Of a stretch of DNA of 64,000 nt, positions 10,230-19,346 are shown piece by piece. Both the position numbers and the translations under genes were made by a program. The DNA is from Oculatellaceae cyanobacterium bins.114 (GTDB lineage Bacteria; Cyanobacteriota; Cyanobacteriia; Elainellales; Elainellaceae). A model generated the notes under the pieces. It was given only the letters and a program-made list of their open reading frames with translations, made no database searches and was not told where the DNA came from. The stretch lies in assembly GCA_033764315.1 (NCBI GenBank), contig JANRJA010000137.1, forward strand, positions 32,001-96,000, written 5' to 3'. Positions within the stretch are counted from its first letter, which is position 1, and the number at the start of each line of letters is the position of its first letter.

Positions 10230-10907
10230 ATGACCAATTACGCCATCTCGCAAAACTCTATTCCTGCCGCTCCTGGCTCTTCGTTGTTATGTGAAGAGCC
10301 TCATCCATCCGCGTACTGTTTGGTTAAGCGTCTAACGGATGTGGTCGGTAGCCTCGTAGGATTACTGATTCTCGCCATTGCCTTTATCCCCATTGCGATC
10401 GCCATCAAGTTAGATAGCCCTGGGCCTATCTTCTTCAAGCAAGAGCGATGTGGTTTACAAGGTCAGCGTATTGTCATCCGTAAATTTCGCTCAATGGTGA
10501 CAGATGCCGAACGCCTCAAGTCAATGGTGAAGAACGAAGCAAAGGGATTGTTCTTTAAGAATAAGCAAGACCCTCGCGTCACTCGGATTGGTCAGTTTCT
10601 TCGCAAGACCAGCTTAGATGAACTGCCCCAATTCTGGAATGTTTTGATGGGAGACATGAGCCTCGTTGGAACTCGCCCTCCCACCCTGGATGAGGTGGCT
10701 CACTATAACAGCCGCCATTGGAAGCGATTAAATGTAAAGCCTGGTTTAACAGGGGAGTGGCAGGTCAATGGGCGTTCTGCGGTTAAAGATTTTGAACAGG
10801 TGGTTGATCTGGATCTGCGCTATCAGAGCCAGTGGACGCCGATTTATGATTTCCAAGTCATCTTCAAGACTGTGCAGGTGCTCTTAAAGCGATCGGGAGC
10901 TTACTAA
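10230..10907 (+). CDS. bacterial sugar transferase (polyprenyl-phosphate glycosyl-1-phosphate transferase)
   Basis: KRLTD, KFRSM, DPRVT, LRKTSLDELPQFWNV, KPGLTG; GAGGA RBS before the ATG at 10230. Confidence 0.92.
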   Translation: MTNYAISQNSIPAAPGSSLLCEEPHPSAYCLVKRLTDVVGSLVGLLILAIAFIPIAIAIKLDSPGPIFFKQERCGLQGQRIVIRKFRSMVTDAERLKSMVKNEAKGLFFKNKQDPRVTRIGQFLRKTSLDELPQFWNVLMGDMSLVGTRPPTLDEVAHYNSRHWKRLNVKPGLTGEWQVNGRSAVKDFEQVVDLDLRYQSQWTPIYDFQVIFKTVQVLLKRSGAY

Positions 10908-10959
10908 GCTCGGTCTGCACGCTCTCAGTCAAAATTTCAAAATTGCATATTCGCCTCGG

Positions 10960-10991
10960 CGCAGAGATCAGTTTGATCCTCTGCGTTTTTT
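10960..10991 (+). terminator. intrinsic terminator
   Basis: CGCAGAG-ATCA/TGATC-CTCTGCG hairpin followed by T6. Confidence 0.7.
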
Positions 10992-11121
10992 ATCGGTGCC
11001 CTTAAAGACGGTTGACGCAACAGGTTTGACGCTGCGTTGCGATATCGGGGGTGAATCGGTGTAATCTAGCATCGTTATTCTCGCAAATGTTATTCTCGCA
11101 AATAAGGATCAAACGACTGGC

Positions 11122-11922
11122 ATGAGTGCTGCACCCATTGGTGTTTTTGATTCTGGGGTAGGGGGGTTGTCAATCTTGCAAGCCATTCGTGCGGCTCTGC
11201 CCCATGAAAACGTGTGCTATGTGGCAGACTCATGGCACGTTCCCTATGGCACCAAAACACCCGACTATCTACAAAGACGGGCGATCGCGCTGACCCAGTT
11301 TTTGATGACTCAAGAGGCAAAACTGGTGGTCGTGGCGTGCAACACGGCAACGGTTGCGGCGGTGAGACAACTTCGTACAACGGTTTCGATTCCGATCATT
11401 GCGGTCGAGCCAGCCGTCAAACCCGCTGTTGCGGCAACCAAAACCGGAGTTGTGGGGGTGATTGCGACCGCGACAACCCTTGCTAGTCGGCAGTTTTTAT
11501 CGTTGTTAGAACGATTTGGGACAGGAGTTACGATTTTGACACAAGCCTGTCCTTATCTGGTGCATCAGGTTGAATCCGGTGATCTGGGTAGTTTGACAAC
11601 CCGATCTTTGATTTATCAGTACACTGCCCCGATTTTGGCAGCAGGAGCCGATACGCTGGTGCTGGGTTGCACGCACTACCCGTTTTTGCGCCCGTTAATT
11701 GATGAGGTGGTGGGACCAGATGTAACGGTGATTGATACGGGGGCAGCGGTGACTCGCCAAGTGTTGCATGTCTTGAGAACAAAACACTTGTTAAATCAGG
11801 GTTTGCAACCGGGACATGAGCAATTTTGGACGAGTGGCGAGGTCGAGGCCGTTCAGGATATCTTTTCAACCTTGTGGGGAGAACCTGTTAGGGTGCAACG
11901 ATTACCCCAATGGTTTGTATGA
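11122..11922 (+). CDS. murI: glutamate racemase
   Basis: FDSGVGGL, VACNTA, LGCTHYP. Confidence 0.96.
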   Translation: MSAAPIGVFDSGVGGLSILQAIRAALPHENVCYVADSWHVPYGTKTPDYLQRRAIALTQFLMTQEAKLVVVACNTATVAAVRQLRTTVSIPIIAVEPAVKPAVAATKTGVVGVIATATTLASRQFLSLLERFGTGVTILTQACPYLVHQVESGDLGSLTTRSLIYQYTAPILAAGADTLVLGCTHYPFLRPLIDEVVGPDVTVIDTGAAVTRQVLHVLRTKHLLNQGLQPGHEQFWTSGEVEAVQDIFSTLWGEPVRVQRLPQWFV

Positions 11923-11953
11923 CGATGTTTGTATGATGAGTAGTACTAGTTAT

Positions 11954-12096
11954 AGATTTGAGAACCAAGCCTTGGGGGATGCTTCCCCCAAACCCCCTCG
12001 CTGAGAGACGAAGCGCGTCCCTCAGACTCCCTCCGCAAGGAGTGTAAGAACGGTAGTCAGGCGCGCTTCGCATCAATGCCCAGTGTGGGTGTCTCT
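11954..12096. repeat. dispersed repeat family B (about 140 bp), copy 1
   Basis: AGCCTTGGGGGA..CTTCCCCCAA.CCCCCTCGCTGAGAGACG...CAAGGAGTGTA...GCGCGCTTCGCATCA, nearly colinear with 19194-19333. Confidence 0.85.
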
Positions 12097-12103
12097 ATTT
12101 TTT

Positions 12104-13027
12104 TCATTTTTCTTTCTTCTCTATTCCTTCTTCTTTTTTTCCCTTTAGCTCTGGTGCAATCGGCAAGACGCGATCGCAGAAAAATAGAGTCCCTGCGCCA
12201 ACACAGACGGGAATGGCAAGTAGGTTTAGAAAAGGGACGCTGACCAGGAAGAGGCAACCGAGGGCAAAGGTGGCACTGGCGGGAAGGCTGCGACGAATGA
12301 CGCCCAATTTGTCGCGAAACCGGAGGCGGCGACGTTCGAGGGCAGGGTCGAGGAAGTCGAGACAAACGATGGTGGCAGCGATCGCAACTCCTCCAACGGT
12401 GGCGATCGCGGTTCCCACCCCTGGAAAGAAGTTAAGCAACAGCAGCGGCAGACCGATTCCTAACGTGATTGCCAGTTTTTTCAGTTCATACTGAATCGCT
12501 CGACCCACATCCCGAAAAACGCCTAAAACACTCGATTCAACAACAGGGAGATGCCCAGTTTGTAATTTTTCTAGCTCTTCCGACAACTTGCCATACCAGG
12601 GGGCACCCAACAACACGCCAAACTGCAATAAGACAAATCCGGTGGCAATCAACAGCAAGATCACGAGAACCGCATAGATTAACCAACCCAGAGCGATCGC
12701 CAACCCATCTAGGGATTGATTGATCCAGAGGGGCAGGTTGTGCAACCACAGCAACCAGTTGGGCAATGTAGGATTCCAGGCGGGGATATCGGGAATCCAG
12801 TTAGGGATGTTGGCGGTGACGGAGTCGATCGCCTCAAATCCGGCAAACAGCAGACTGGCATAGAGCGTTACCCCGACCACCACATTCACCAGAATGGGAA
12901 ACAGCACACAGCCGCGTAGTTGAGGGGTGGCGATTAACAACCCTAGCGATCGCAGCGGATAGGTGATGCCTGCAAAAATACCCCATAGCCCTTGAGTGGG
13001 CTTTAACTCACCTTTGACTTCTGTCAC
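12104..13027 (-). CDS. EI24/CysZ-like membrane protein
   Basis: GAPWYGKLSE, CLDFLDPALERR, multi-TM; GTGA overlap with the upstream gene. Confidence 0.8.
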   Translation of the reverse strand: MTEVKGELKPTQGLWGIFAGITYPLRSLGLLIATPQLRGCVLFPILVNVVVGVTLYASLLFAGFEAIDSVTANIPNWIPDIPAWNPTLPNWLLWLHNLPLWINQSLDGLAIALGWLIYAVLVILLLIATGFVLLQFGVLLGAPWYGKLSEELEKLQTGHLPVVESSVLGVFRDVGRAIQYELKKLAITLGIGLPLLLLNFFPGVGTAIATVGGVAIAATIVCLDFLDPALERRRLRFRDKLGVIRRSLPASATFALGCLFLVSVPFLNLLAIPVCVGAGTLFFCDRVLPIAPELKGKKEEGIEKKEK

Positions 13028-13959
13028 AGCAAGACCTCTACGGTGTCAGTTTCTATCGTGGCGCGAATCCAGGTCAGGATTTCGTCATTGACGCGATCGG
13101 CACACTCATCATAGGAGCAATGCCCTGCTCCGGGTAACTCTACTAATCTCAGATTGGGGTTGAGGGTGGGTAGTTGCCGTCCCCACGTCAGGGGAATGAT
13201 GTTGTCCTGATCTCCCCACAATACTAAAACAGGCATTTTAAGGTCAGGTAATAACGTTCTGGTATCAGGGCTAAAGTCAACGCGAGTGCGGGCTTTGACC
13301 AATCGTACCAGAACTTTAGCGGCTCCTCGGTCGATCGCTGGTAGAGCAAAGCTGGTAACGAGATCGTCCGTCACGTTGGTCTTTTCGGTATAGATCTTGT
13401 GTAACACCGAGCGAATGAAGGATGGCTGACGAATCAAGCGAAACAAGGGGTTAATAATCAACGGTGAGGCAAACAGCCCTTCAATCCCCCCGACGATGGG
13501 CTGCAACCACTGGAACAATAGCTCCTGACGCGATGAGGGCAGCGTGATCAACACTAACCCTTTTGCCATCCCTGGATGGTTAACGGCGGCAACTAACGCC
13601 ACTAAAGCCCCCAAAGAGTGACCCACAAAAATCGTGGGCTTGCCAATGAACTGTTGCCAAAACTCGTAAACCTGCTCTGCCCACAAACTGACGTTGTAGC
13701 CTGTAACCGCTTTCTCCGATGCGCCAAACCCTAAGAAGTCGAGGGCATACACTGTGCGCGATTGACTCAGAGGAATCAGGTTCGATCGCCACTGCGTTAA
13801 AGCGGCTCCAAACCCATGCAGAAACACGAGCGGTGCGGCATCCACTTCACTGGGGGCGATCGGACGCAAGTGGGTATAGCGAATCTGCCAGCCGCGCCAG
13901 ATCCAGTCACGCTGAGAACCAAGTTGAGTGTGCCAGGGATGGAGCGATCGCTTGGGCAT
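13024..13959 (-). CDS. alpha/beta fold hydrolase
   Basis: LHGFGA, DFLGFG, nucleophile GHSLG, WGDQD, AGHC. Start moved to ATG 13959 because the upstream extension is low-complexity repeat. Confidence 0.9.
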   Translation of the reverse strand: MPKRSLHPWHTQLGSQRDWIWRGWQIRYTHLRPIAPSEVDAAPLVFLHGFGAALTQWRSNLIPLSQSRTVYALDFLGFGASEKAVTGYNVSLWAEQVYEFWQQFIGKPTIFVGHSLGALVALVAAVNHPGMAKGLVLITLPSSRQELLFQWLQPIVGGIEGLFASPLIINPLFRLIRQPSFIRSVLHKIYTEKTNVTDDLVTSFALPAIDRGAAKVLVRLVKARTRVDFSPDTRTLLPDLKMPVLVLWGDQDNIIPLTWGRQLPTLNPNLRLVELPGAGHCSYDECADRVNDEILTWIRATIETDTVEVLL

Positions 13960-14017
13960 AGGGAAAAAAGAAGAAAGAAGAGGGAAAAAAGAGGGATAAA
14001 GAATAAGCGCAATCATC

Positions 14018-14227
14018 CTCGTTCCTAGCCTCTTGGCTGGGAATGCTAGTGCAGTTTCAGGAAACCTGTTGTGTATCCATTTGTTCTGCCCTTACCGTTC
14101 GGCTTCGGCTTCCTTCCCCTGCGGGAGAAGGGCCGGGGATGAGGGGTGAATAATGGCTCGCACAAAAGCTCTTCTGAATAGGCACTAGGTAGCGGCTCGG
14201 CCGCTTCATCTGAGAGGAGGCAAAGAG
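14018..14227. repeat. REP-like family A, copy 2, interrupted by a MITE
   Basis: CTCGTTCCTAGCCTCTTGGCTGGGAATG ... GCCGCTTCATCT..GAGGCA matches 8106-8170. Confidence 0.7.
14046..14188. mobile_element. 143-bp MITE-like element with CTAG/TA ends
   Basis: Imperfect TIRs CTAGTGCAGTTTCAG / CTGAATAGGCACTAG (12/15); removing it restores the family A repeat. Confidence 0.65.
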
Positions 14228-14288
14228 TCGTTCATCTTCATTTTGCAGGTTTTAAGGCGGCATTGGGCAGTGAAAGCCCACCCAGTAG

Positions 14289-14546
14289 TCAGATTTTCTG
14301 AAACCTCCAACTTCTGTGATAGGTCTTGGTTTTGGTTTCAATGAACCAGTTCTGCAAGGCTAATTTAGTGGGTTCCGCGATCGCCACTCGCAACTTGGTT
14401 GCCTCATTCAACAACATCAGCGCGATCGAGTAAAGAATGTTGACGTGATTGACATCGGACATCTCCACCAAATCAGCAATGGAGAAGAATACAACGAAAT
14501 GCTTTTGCTCTCGCATCAGCCCCGCAAACTGATAGAGCAGCTCAGC
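14289..14546 (-). pseudogene. internal fragment of a cyanobacterial P-loop ATPase gene
   Basis: The frame opens right after the brnA stop. LLYQFAGLMREQKHFVVFFSIADLVEMSDVNHVNILYSIA resembles, from recall, the segment after Walker A in cyanobacterial AAA ATPases; Walker A and B are absent. Confidence 0.45.
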
Positions 14547-14825
14547 CTATTCCTGATTCGCTTCCATATAAGCTCGTAATAGTTGATTGATATGGGTTTG
14601 ATAGCCCCGTCCTTGAGACTTAAACCACGCTAAGACATCGCTATCAATGCGGAGTGTGACTTGAGCCTTGGCTTTCGTTATAGGTAAACCTCGTCGCACT
14701 ACAGCCTTAGCAAACATATCAGGTGTAATCTCTGGACAATCCGATAGATCAATATCTTCATCACTCATAGCATCTAACCGTTGCCAATCAGTTTGAGAGT
14801 TGGTCGAAGTAGATTCGTTGTTCAT
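14547..14825 (-). CDS. brnA: BrnA antitoxin family protein
   Basis: TDWQRL..MSDEDID, VTLRIDSDVLAWFK, GYQTHINQLLR; start at ATG 14825. Confidence 0.9.
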   Translation of the reverse strand: MNNESTSTNSQTDWQRLDAMSDEDIDLSDCPEITPDMFAKAVVRRGLPITKAKAQVTLRIDSDVLAWFKSQGRGYQTHINQLLRAYMEANQE

Positions 14826-15063
14826 ATTTCGTCGCTTTTCTTGCAGAAATAATCCGGATACAATCCTCACGCTCTGTGTGGACAACAGCGATGACTCGTC
14901 CTTGCAACAAACCGAATGTGACAAAACGCCGCTCCCCATACCTATAGCGATCGTCCTCAACGGTCAAAATGTCATTGTCAAACACCCTGGGAACATCGAT
15001 AAAATCGATTCCGTGTTTACGAAGATTAGCAAGACGTTTTGCTTCATCCCATTCATATTCCAT
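14788..15063 (-). CDS. brnT: BrnT family toxin (RNase)
   Basis: EWDEAKRLANLRKHGIDF, YGERRF, RIISARKA; overlaps brnA. Confidence 0.92.
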   Translation of the reverse strand: MEYEWDEAKRLANLRKHGIDFIDVPRVFDNDILTVEDDRYRYGERRFVTFGLLQGRVIAVVHTEREDCIRIISARKATKYEQRIYFDQLSN

Positions 15064-15289
15064 CACGAAGCAACCACTCTAATAATCAATTGTAGTTACA
15101 AATTGTCGTTACAGTTGCCTATTCCTAACCCCGTTGATTTTGAATGCCCTGCGAATGACGTTAAGCCATTGTCCACATCCAGAACTTGTGACATAACAAA
15201 CTTATGACAGAACAATAGGTATTGTTGCCCCGATCGCCACTCACCCCATTTGGGCAGGATAATAAAAACACATCTACTGACAGCCCGAT

Positions 15290-17311
15290 ATGAGCCTTTG
15301 CATTAATCCCCGCTGTCCACAACCCGACCATCCTGCCAATGACGGTAGCCGTTTTTGCGAGAGTTGCGGCTCTCATTTGGTCTTACAACAGCGATATCGC
15401 GTTTTGCGGTTGCTCAGTGACAAAAGCGGCTTTGGCAAAGTCTATGAAGCCTACGAACGCAGCGTTCCCAAAATTCTAAAAGTTCTTAAAGACAATCACA
15501 GCACCAACCCCAAAGCGGTTGAGTTGTTTCAACAAGAGGCCGATGTGCTGAGTCAACTCAATCATCCCGGCATTCCGTTGATTGAACCCAACGGCTACTT
15601 CCAGTTTCAGCCGAAGGATGGTTTGGGTGGGTTGCATTGCATCATCATGGAAAAGATTGATGGCCCCAACCTGCGCGAATGGATGAAGCAACAGGGCAAC
15701 AACCCGATTAGTCAGCGACAGGCACTCAACTGGTTGCAACAAATTACAGATGTGTTGCATCTGGTTCACCTCAAAAATTACTTCCATCGTGATATCAAAC
15801 CTGACAACTTGATGTTGCGCTCAAATGGGCAAGTCGTGCTGGTCGATTTTGGGGCAGCACGAGAGATGACCTATACCTATCTGGCACAACTCAGCGGCGG
15901 CTCAACTGGGGTAACGCGTATCAGTTCAGCGGGCTACACCCCTCCCGAACAAGAGTATGGGCAAGCGGTGCCTCAGTCTGATTTTTATGCGTTGGGGCGC
16001 ACCTTTATCTATTTATTGACAGCTAAACTGCCAACCGACAGTGGCATCTATGATTCCCTCAACAATGAATTTCGCTGGCGCGATTATGCGCCGCAAATCT
16101 CTCCTCGATTTGCCGATTTTATCGATCGCCTGGTTGCCCCTAGAGCCAGCGATCGCCCCAAAAATACGCAAGATATTTTAGACGAGTTAGCTCGCATTGC
16201 GGCTGATGTCGGATCACCTGCTCCTCAGCCGATCGCTCCTACGGTGATTAAGACCTTCAACGATTCGGGAACGGTGGCTCAAGCCTCAACTCCCAACTGG
16301 ACACCAACCATTCCTAAGCGGTGGTTAGTGAGTGGAGTTGCGGCCCTGTTGTTAGCAGTGAGCGGTGCAGCGGGCTGGCATGTGTATCGGGGAATGGCGG
16401 GGAATGGTGGTACTGAGGCGATCGCCATCACTCAAACTCTGTCAGGGCACACAGGCGAGATCAAGTGTCTGCTGTTGGGGCCAGCGGGAACCCATCTGAT
16501 CAGCGGCAGTGTCGATGCCACCATTCGCATTTGGGATGCCACAACGGGTCAGTTAGTGCAGACGCTAGAGGGACACACCAGTTACATCAATGCGTTGATT
16601 GTCAGTCCCAATGGCAAGAATCTGATCAGTGGTAGTGCCGATGCCACCATTCGCATTTGGGATTTGCAAACGGGCAAGACCATTCGCACGCTGCAAGACT
16701 CAAGTTTTGTGAATACTCTAGACATCAGCCCAGATGGCAAAATATTAGTCAGTGGAGATGCTGATAACACCATCAAAATCTGGGATGTTGCCACAGGAGA
16801 AGAATTGAAAACGCTGCGATCGCACACCAGCCCAGTGAATTCTGTGGTGTTTACCCCCGATGGCAAAAACTTGATCAGTGGCAGTGCTGACAGCACGGTT
16901 AAACTGTGGGATGTGCATACAGGCGAAGTTATTCGCACCTTTACAGGGCACACTAGCTATGTCAATGCAGTTGAGGTTAGTCCCGATGGCAGTACGGTGG
17001 TGAGTGCCAGTGCTGATGACACGGTGAAGGTGTGGAATTTGCAAACGGGAGAAGTGATTCACACGTTGCAGGGGCACAAGAGTTTTGTCAACGCCGTGGT
17101 GATTAGCCCTGATGGCACCACCCTGATCAGCAGCAGTGCCGATGGCACGATCAAAGTTTGGGATTTAGCCACGGGTGAACTGCGCCGCACATTAACGGGT
17201 TACAACGCCCCAATCGATTTTTTTGTAGTGGACTTTAATCGTCAGTTGATGGGCACAGGCAGCAAGAGCCGAGATATTAAGTTGTGGTCTTTTGAACTGC
17301 CGCAACGATGA
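15290..17311 (+). CDS. Ser/Thr protein kinase with N-terminal Cys4 motif, TM segment and WD40 repeats
   Basis: CINPRC..CESC, HRDIKPDN, DFG, one TM segment, about 7 GH..WD repeats. Confidence 0.93.
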   Translation: MSLCINPRCPQPDHPANDGSRFCESCGSHLVLQQRYRVLRLLSDKSGFGKVYEAYERSVPKILKVLKDNHSTNPKAVELFQQEADVLSQLNHPGIPLIEPNGYFQFQPKDGLGGLHCIIMEKIDGPNLREWMKQQGNNPISQRQALNWLQQITDVLHLVHLKNYFHRDIKPDNLMLRSNGQVVLVDFGAAREMTYTYLAQLSGGSTGVTRISSAGYTPPEQEYGQAVPQSDFYALGRTFIYLLTAKLPTDSGIYDSLNNEFRWRDYAPQISPRFADFIDRLVAPRASDRPKNTQDILDELARIAADVGSPAPQPIAPTVIKTFNDSGTVAQASTPNWTPTIPKRWLVSGVAALLLAVSGAAGWHVYRGMAGNGGTEAIAITQTLSGHTGEIKCLLLGPAGTHLISGSVDATIRIWDATTGQLVQTLEGHTSYINALIVSPNGKNLISGSADATIRIWDLQTGKTIRTLQDSSFVNTLDISPDGKILVSGDADNTIKIWDVATGEELKTLRSHTSPVNSVVFTPDGKNLISGSADSTVKLWDVHTGEVIRTFTGHTSYVNAVEVSPDGSTVVSASADDTVKVWNLQTGEVIHTLQGHKSFVNAVVISPDGTTLISSSADGTIKVWDLATGELRRTLTGYNAPIDFFVVDFNRQLMGTGSKSRDIKLWSFELPQR

Positions 17312-17316
17312 AGCAC

Positions 17317-17946
17317 TCAGCTTTCGCTACCCACGACTCGGTTGTTATAAAGACTCATAGCTTTCGCAACCCCCTCTTTCAAACTCATTTCTACAGCATC
17401 CGTCACCAGGTGCAACACCTCCGAGACGATCGCCCCTTCTGCTTTTGAGAACTGTCCTAAGACGTGCGAAATCGTGTCTTTGTTATCAGCTGCGACTTTG
17501 GGTGCTCCAATGCCAATCCGGAGACGTGGGAAGTTTTGAGTTCCTAAATGGGCGATCGCCGATTTCATCCCATTGTGACCTCCCGCAGACCCCGATAGGC
17601 GCAACCGCAGTCGGCCAAGGGGCAAATCCATTTCGTCATAGACCACTAACACTGATTCGGGAGGCAACTTATACCAGTCGATTGCCGCTCGAATCGATTG
17701 CCCTGAGAGATTCATAAAGGTCAGGGGTTTTAATAAGCGAATCTTGTCTGTTTTTGGCGCACGCCCCTCGCCATAGGTGCCTTGAAATTTACGATTTTCG
17801 GCAAGCGAAACTCCCCACCGACGGGCTAATTGATCAACCGCCTCAAACCCAATGTTATGGCGTGTTTGGTTATATTTCTCACCAGGATTGCCCAATCCCA
17901 CAATGAGTTGGGGAATCACTAAGGCAGAAGAGGTAGTGTCTGTCAT
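17317..17946 (-). CDS. pth: peptidyl-tRNA hydrolase
   Basis: GLGNPG..Y..TRHNIGF, KPLTFMNLSG, GGHNG. Confidence 0.97.
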   Translation of the reverse strand: MTDTTSSALVIPQLIVGLGNPGEKYNQTRHNIGFEAVDQLARRWGVSLAENRKFQGTYGEGRAPKTDKIRLLKPLTFMNLSGQSIRAAIDWYKLPPESVLVVYDEMDLPLGRLRLRLSGSAGGHNGMKSAIAHLGTQNFPRLRIGIGAPKVAADNKDTISHVLGQFSKAEGAIVSEVLHLVTDAVEMSLKEGVAKAMSLYNNRVVGSES

Positions 17947-17970
17947 CTCATGTCTGAGGCGATCGCCCTC

Positions 17971-18294
17971 TTAACCTTGTTGAGACTGACTAACGGGGGC
18001 TTCTTCAGAGACAATCTCAGCCATTTGCTCTTCTGGCTCATCGGTGTCTGGGGTAGCCGTCAATGCCTTAGGTTCAGGATCGAGTTTCGCTTCCATCGGA
18101 GTCGCAACTACCTTTTCAAGACGCTCTGCTTCCTTCTTAAACTCATTCTCAAACTCTTTTGAAGCTTCTTGAAAGCCCCGAATCGCTTTGCCCAGACTCT
18201 TGCCAATCTCCGGTAACTTTTTAGGGCCAAAGATCAACAGTGCCAAAACCATAATCAATGCCATTTCAGGCAAGCCAATCCCAAAGATATTCAC
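17971..18294 (-). CDS. tatA: twin-arginine translocase subunit TatA/E
   Basis: FGIGLPEM..I..LALLIFGPKKLPEIGKSLGKAIRGF. Confidence 0.93.
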   Translation of the reverse strand: MNIFGIGLPEMALIMVLALLIFGPKKLPEIGKSLGKAIRGFQEASKEFENEFKKEAERLEKVVATPMEAKLDPEPKALTATPDTDEPEEQMAEIVSEEAPVSQSQQG

Positions 18295-18443
18295 AACACG
18301 TCCTCCTGAAATTGCCTGGACTTCGCGCCAGTCCGTTAATCATCCCATTCAACATCAACGCGATCTTGCTTTACCCTAGCATCTCACCCATAGCTCTGGA
18401 GCGATTATCCCAAAGAGGAAAATGCTTTGCCTCGCCATTCAAT

Positions 18444-18471
18444 AAAAAAAGCCCTGAAAAAACTCCAGGGC
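18444..18471 (-). terminator. intrinsic terminator after psbH
   Basis: Minus strand GCCCTG(GAGTTTTTT)CAGGGC followed by T7. Confidence 0.65.
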
Positions 18472-18528
18472 ATCGCATACTCTTTGGAGTATCGAGTAGC
18501 CAACCAGACATAAAGAACCTAAAACTGA

Positions 18529-18732
18529 CTAGCGGCCCAAGCTCTGCCAGTCTACATCCACATTCTCCAACAGCAAAGATGAGTTGTAGATTTGCAGAAT
18601 GATTAACAAAAAGACAAAGAACAAAAGCATAAAAACTGCCATCAGGGGGGTGGTTCCCCAACCTGGAGCAACTTTGCCATATTCAGAGTTCAGGGGCTTG
18701 AGAACATCTCCCAGGCGAGTGCGCTGTGCCAT
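18529..18732 (-). CDS. psbH: photosystem II subunit H
   Basis: [31 protein letters not shown]; 67 aa from ATG 18732. Confidence 0.97.
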   Translation of the reverse strand: MAQRTRLGDVLKPLNSEYGKVAPGWGTTPLMAVFMLLFFVFLLIILQIYNSSLLLENVDVDWQSLGR

Positions 18733-18987
18733 GTTTAACCTGCGATTGATACAAAACTTGAATTTTCTGTAATACACCTTATTGAAAGCGGTGCATTATA
18801 TAAGAGTCTACCAGCTAAAGCTTAAGCAAAAGCTAATGCGGATAGATCAAATATGAAAAATTGTTACATCAACCAGGGTACTCATATTCAACAAGCGATC
18901 GCCCTAAAATGAGAACTTTTGTTGCAAATCTTGTAGAATAATGAGTGGATGTTATATAGAAGCTAGTTTAATCTAGAGAGTTTGCTT

Positions 18988-19119
18988 ATGGAACCTGCAG
19001 CTGTTCTGAGTATTTCTATCGGTGCCATATTAGTCGCGATTACAGGAATGGCGGTTTACACCGCGTTTGGGCCACCCTCTAAGCAGCTAGATGATCCCTT
19101 TGAAGATCACGAAGATTAA
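18988..19119 (+). CDS. psbN: photosystem II assembly protein PsbN (below the ORF-track cutoff)
   Basis: [43 protein letters not shown], 43 aa, divergent from psbH. Confidence 0.96.
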   Translation: MEPAAVLSISIGAILVAITGMAVYTAFGPPSKQLDDPFEDHED

Positions 19120-19193
19120 GCTTGATAGCTATTCATAGGGCGATATATGTGGTGAGTCACATCGCTCTAAGTTGGACTGAGTATTGGTTCAAC

Positions 19194-19333
19194 AGGTTTG
19201 AAAGCCGAGCCTTGGGGGACACTTCCCCCAACCCCCCTCGCTGAGAGACGAGGCACGTCCCAACTCCCGACCCAAGGAGTGTAGCAACAGGATTAGGGCG
19301 CGCTTCGCATCAGTACCCAGTTCGGGTGTTTCT
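19194..19333. repeat. dispersed repeat family B, copy 2
   Basis: Homologous to 11954-12096; lies between convergent genes. Confidence 0.85.
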
Positions 19334-19346
19334 GGTTGTTGGATGT

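Noticed and set aside
13960..14016. N-terminal hydrophobic extension of the hydrolase ORF
   Set aside because: It is a translation of a degenerate purine-rich heptamer tract; ATG 13959 is the more plausible start.
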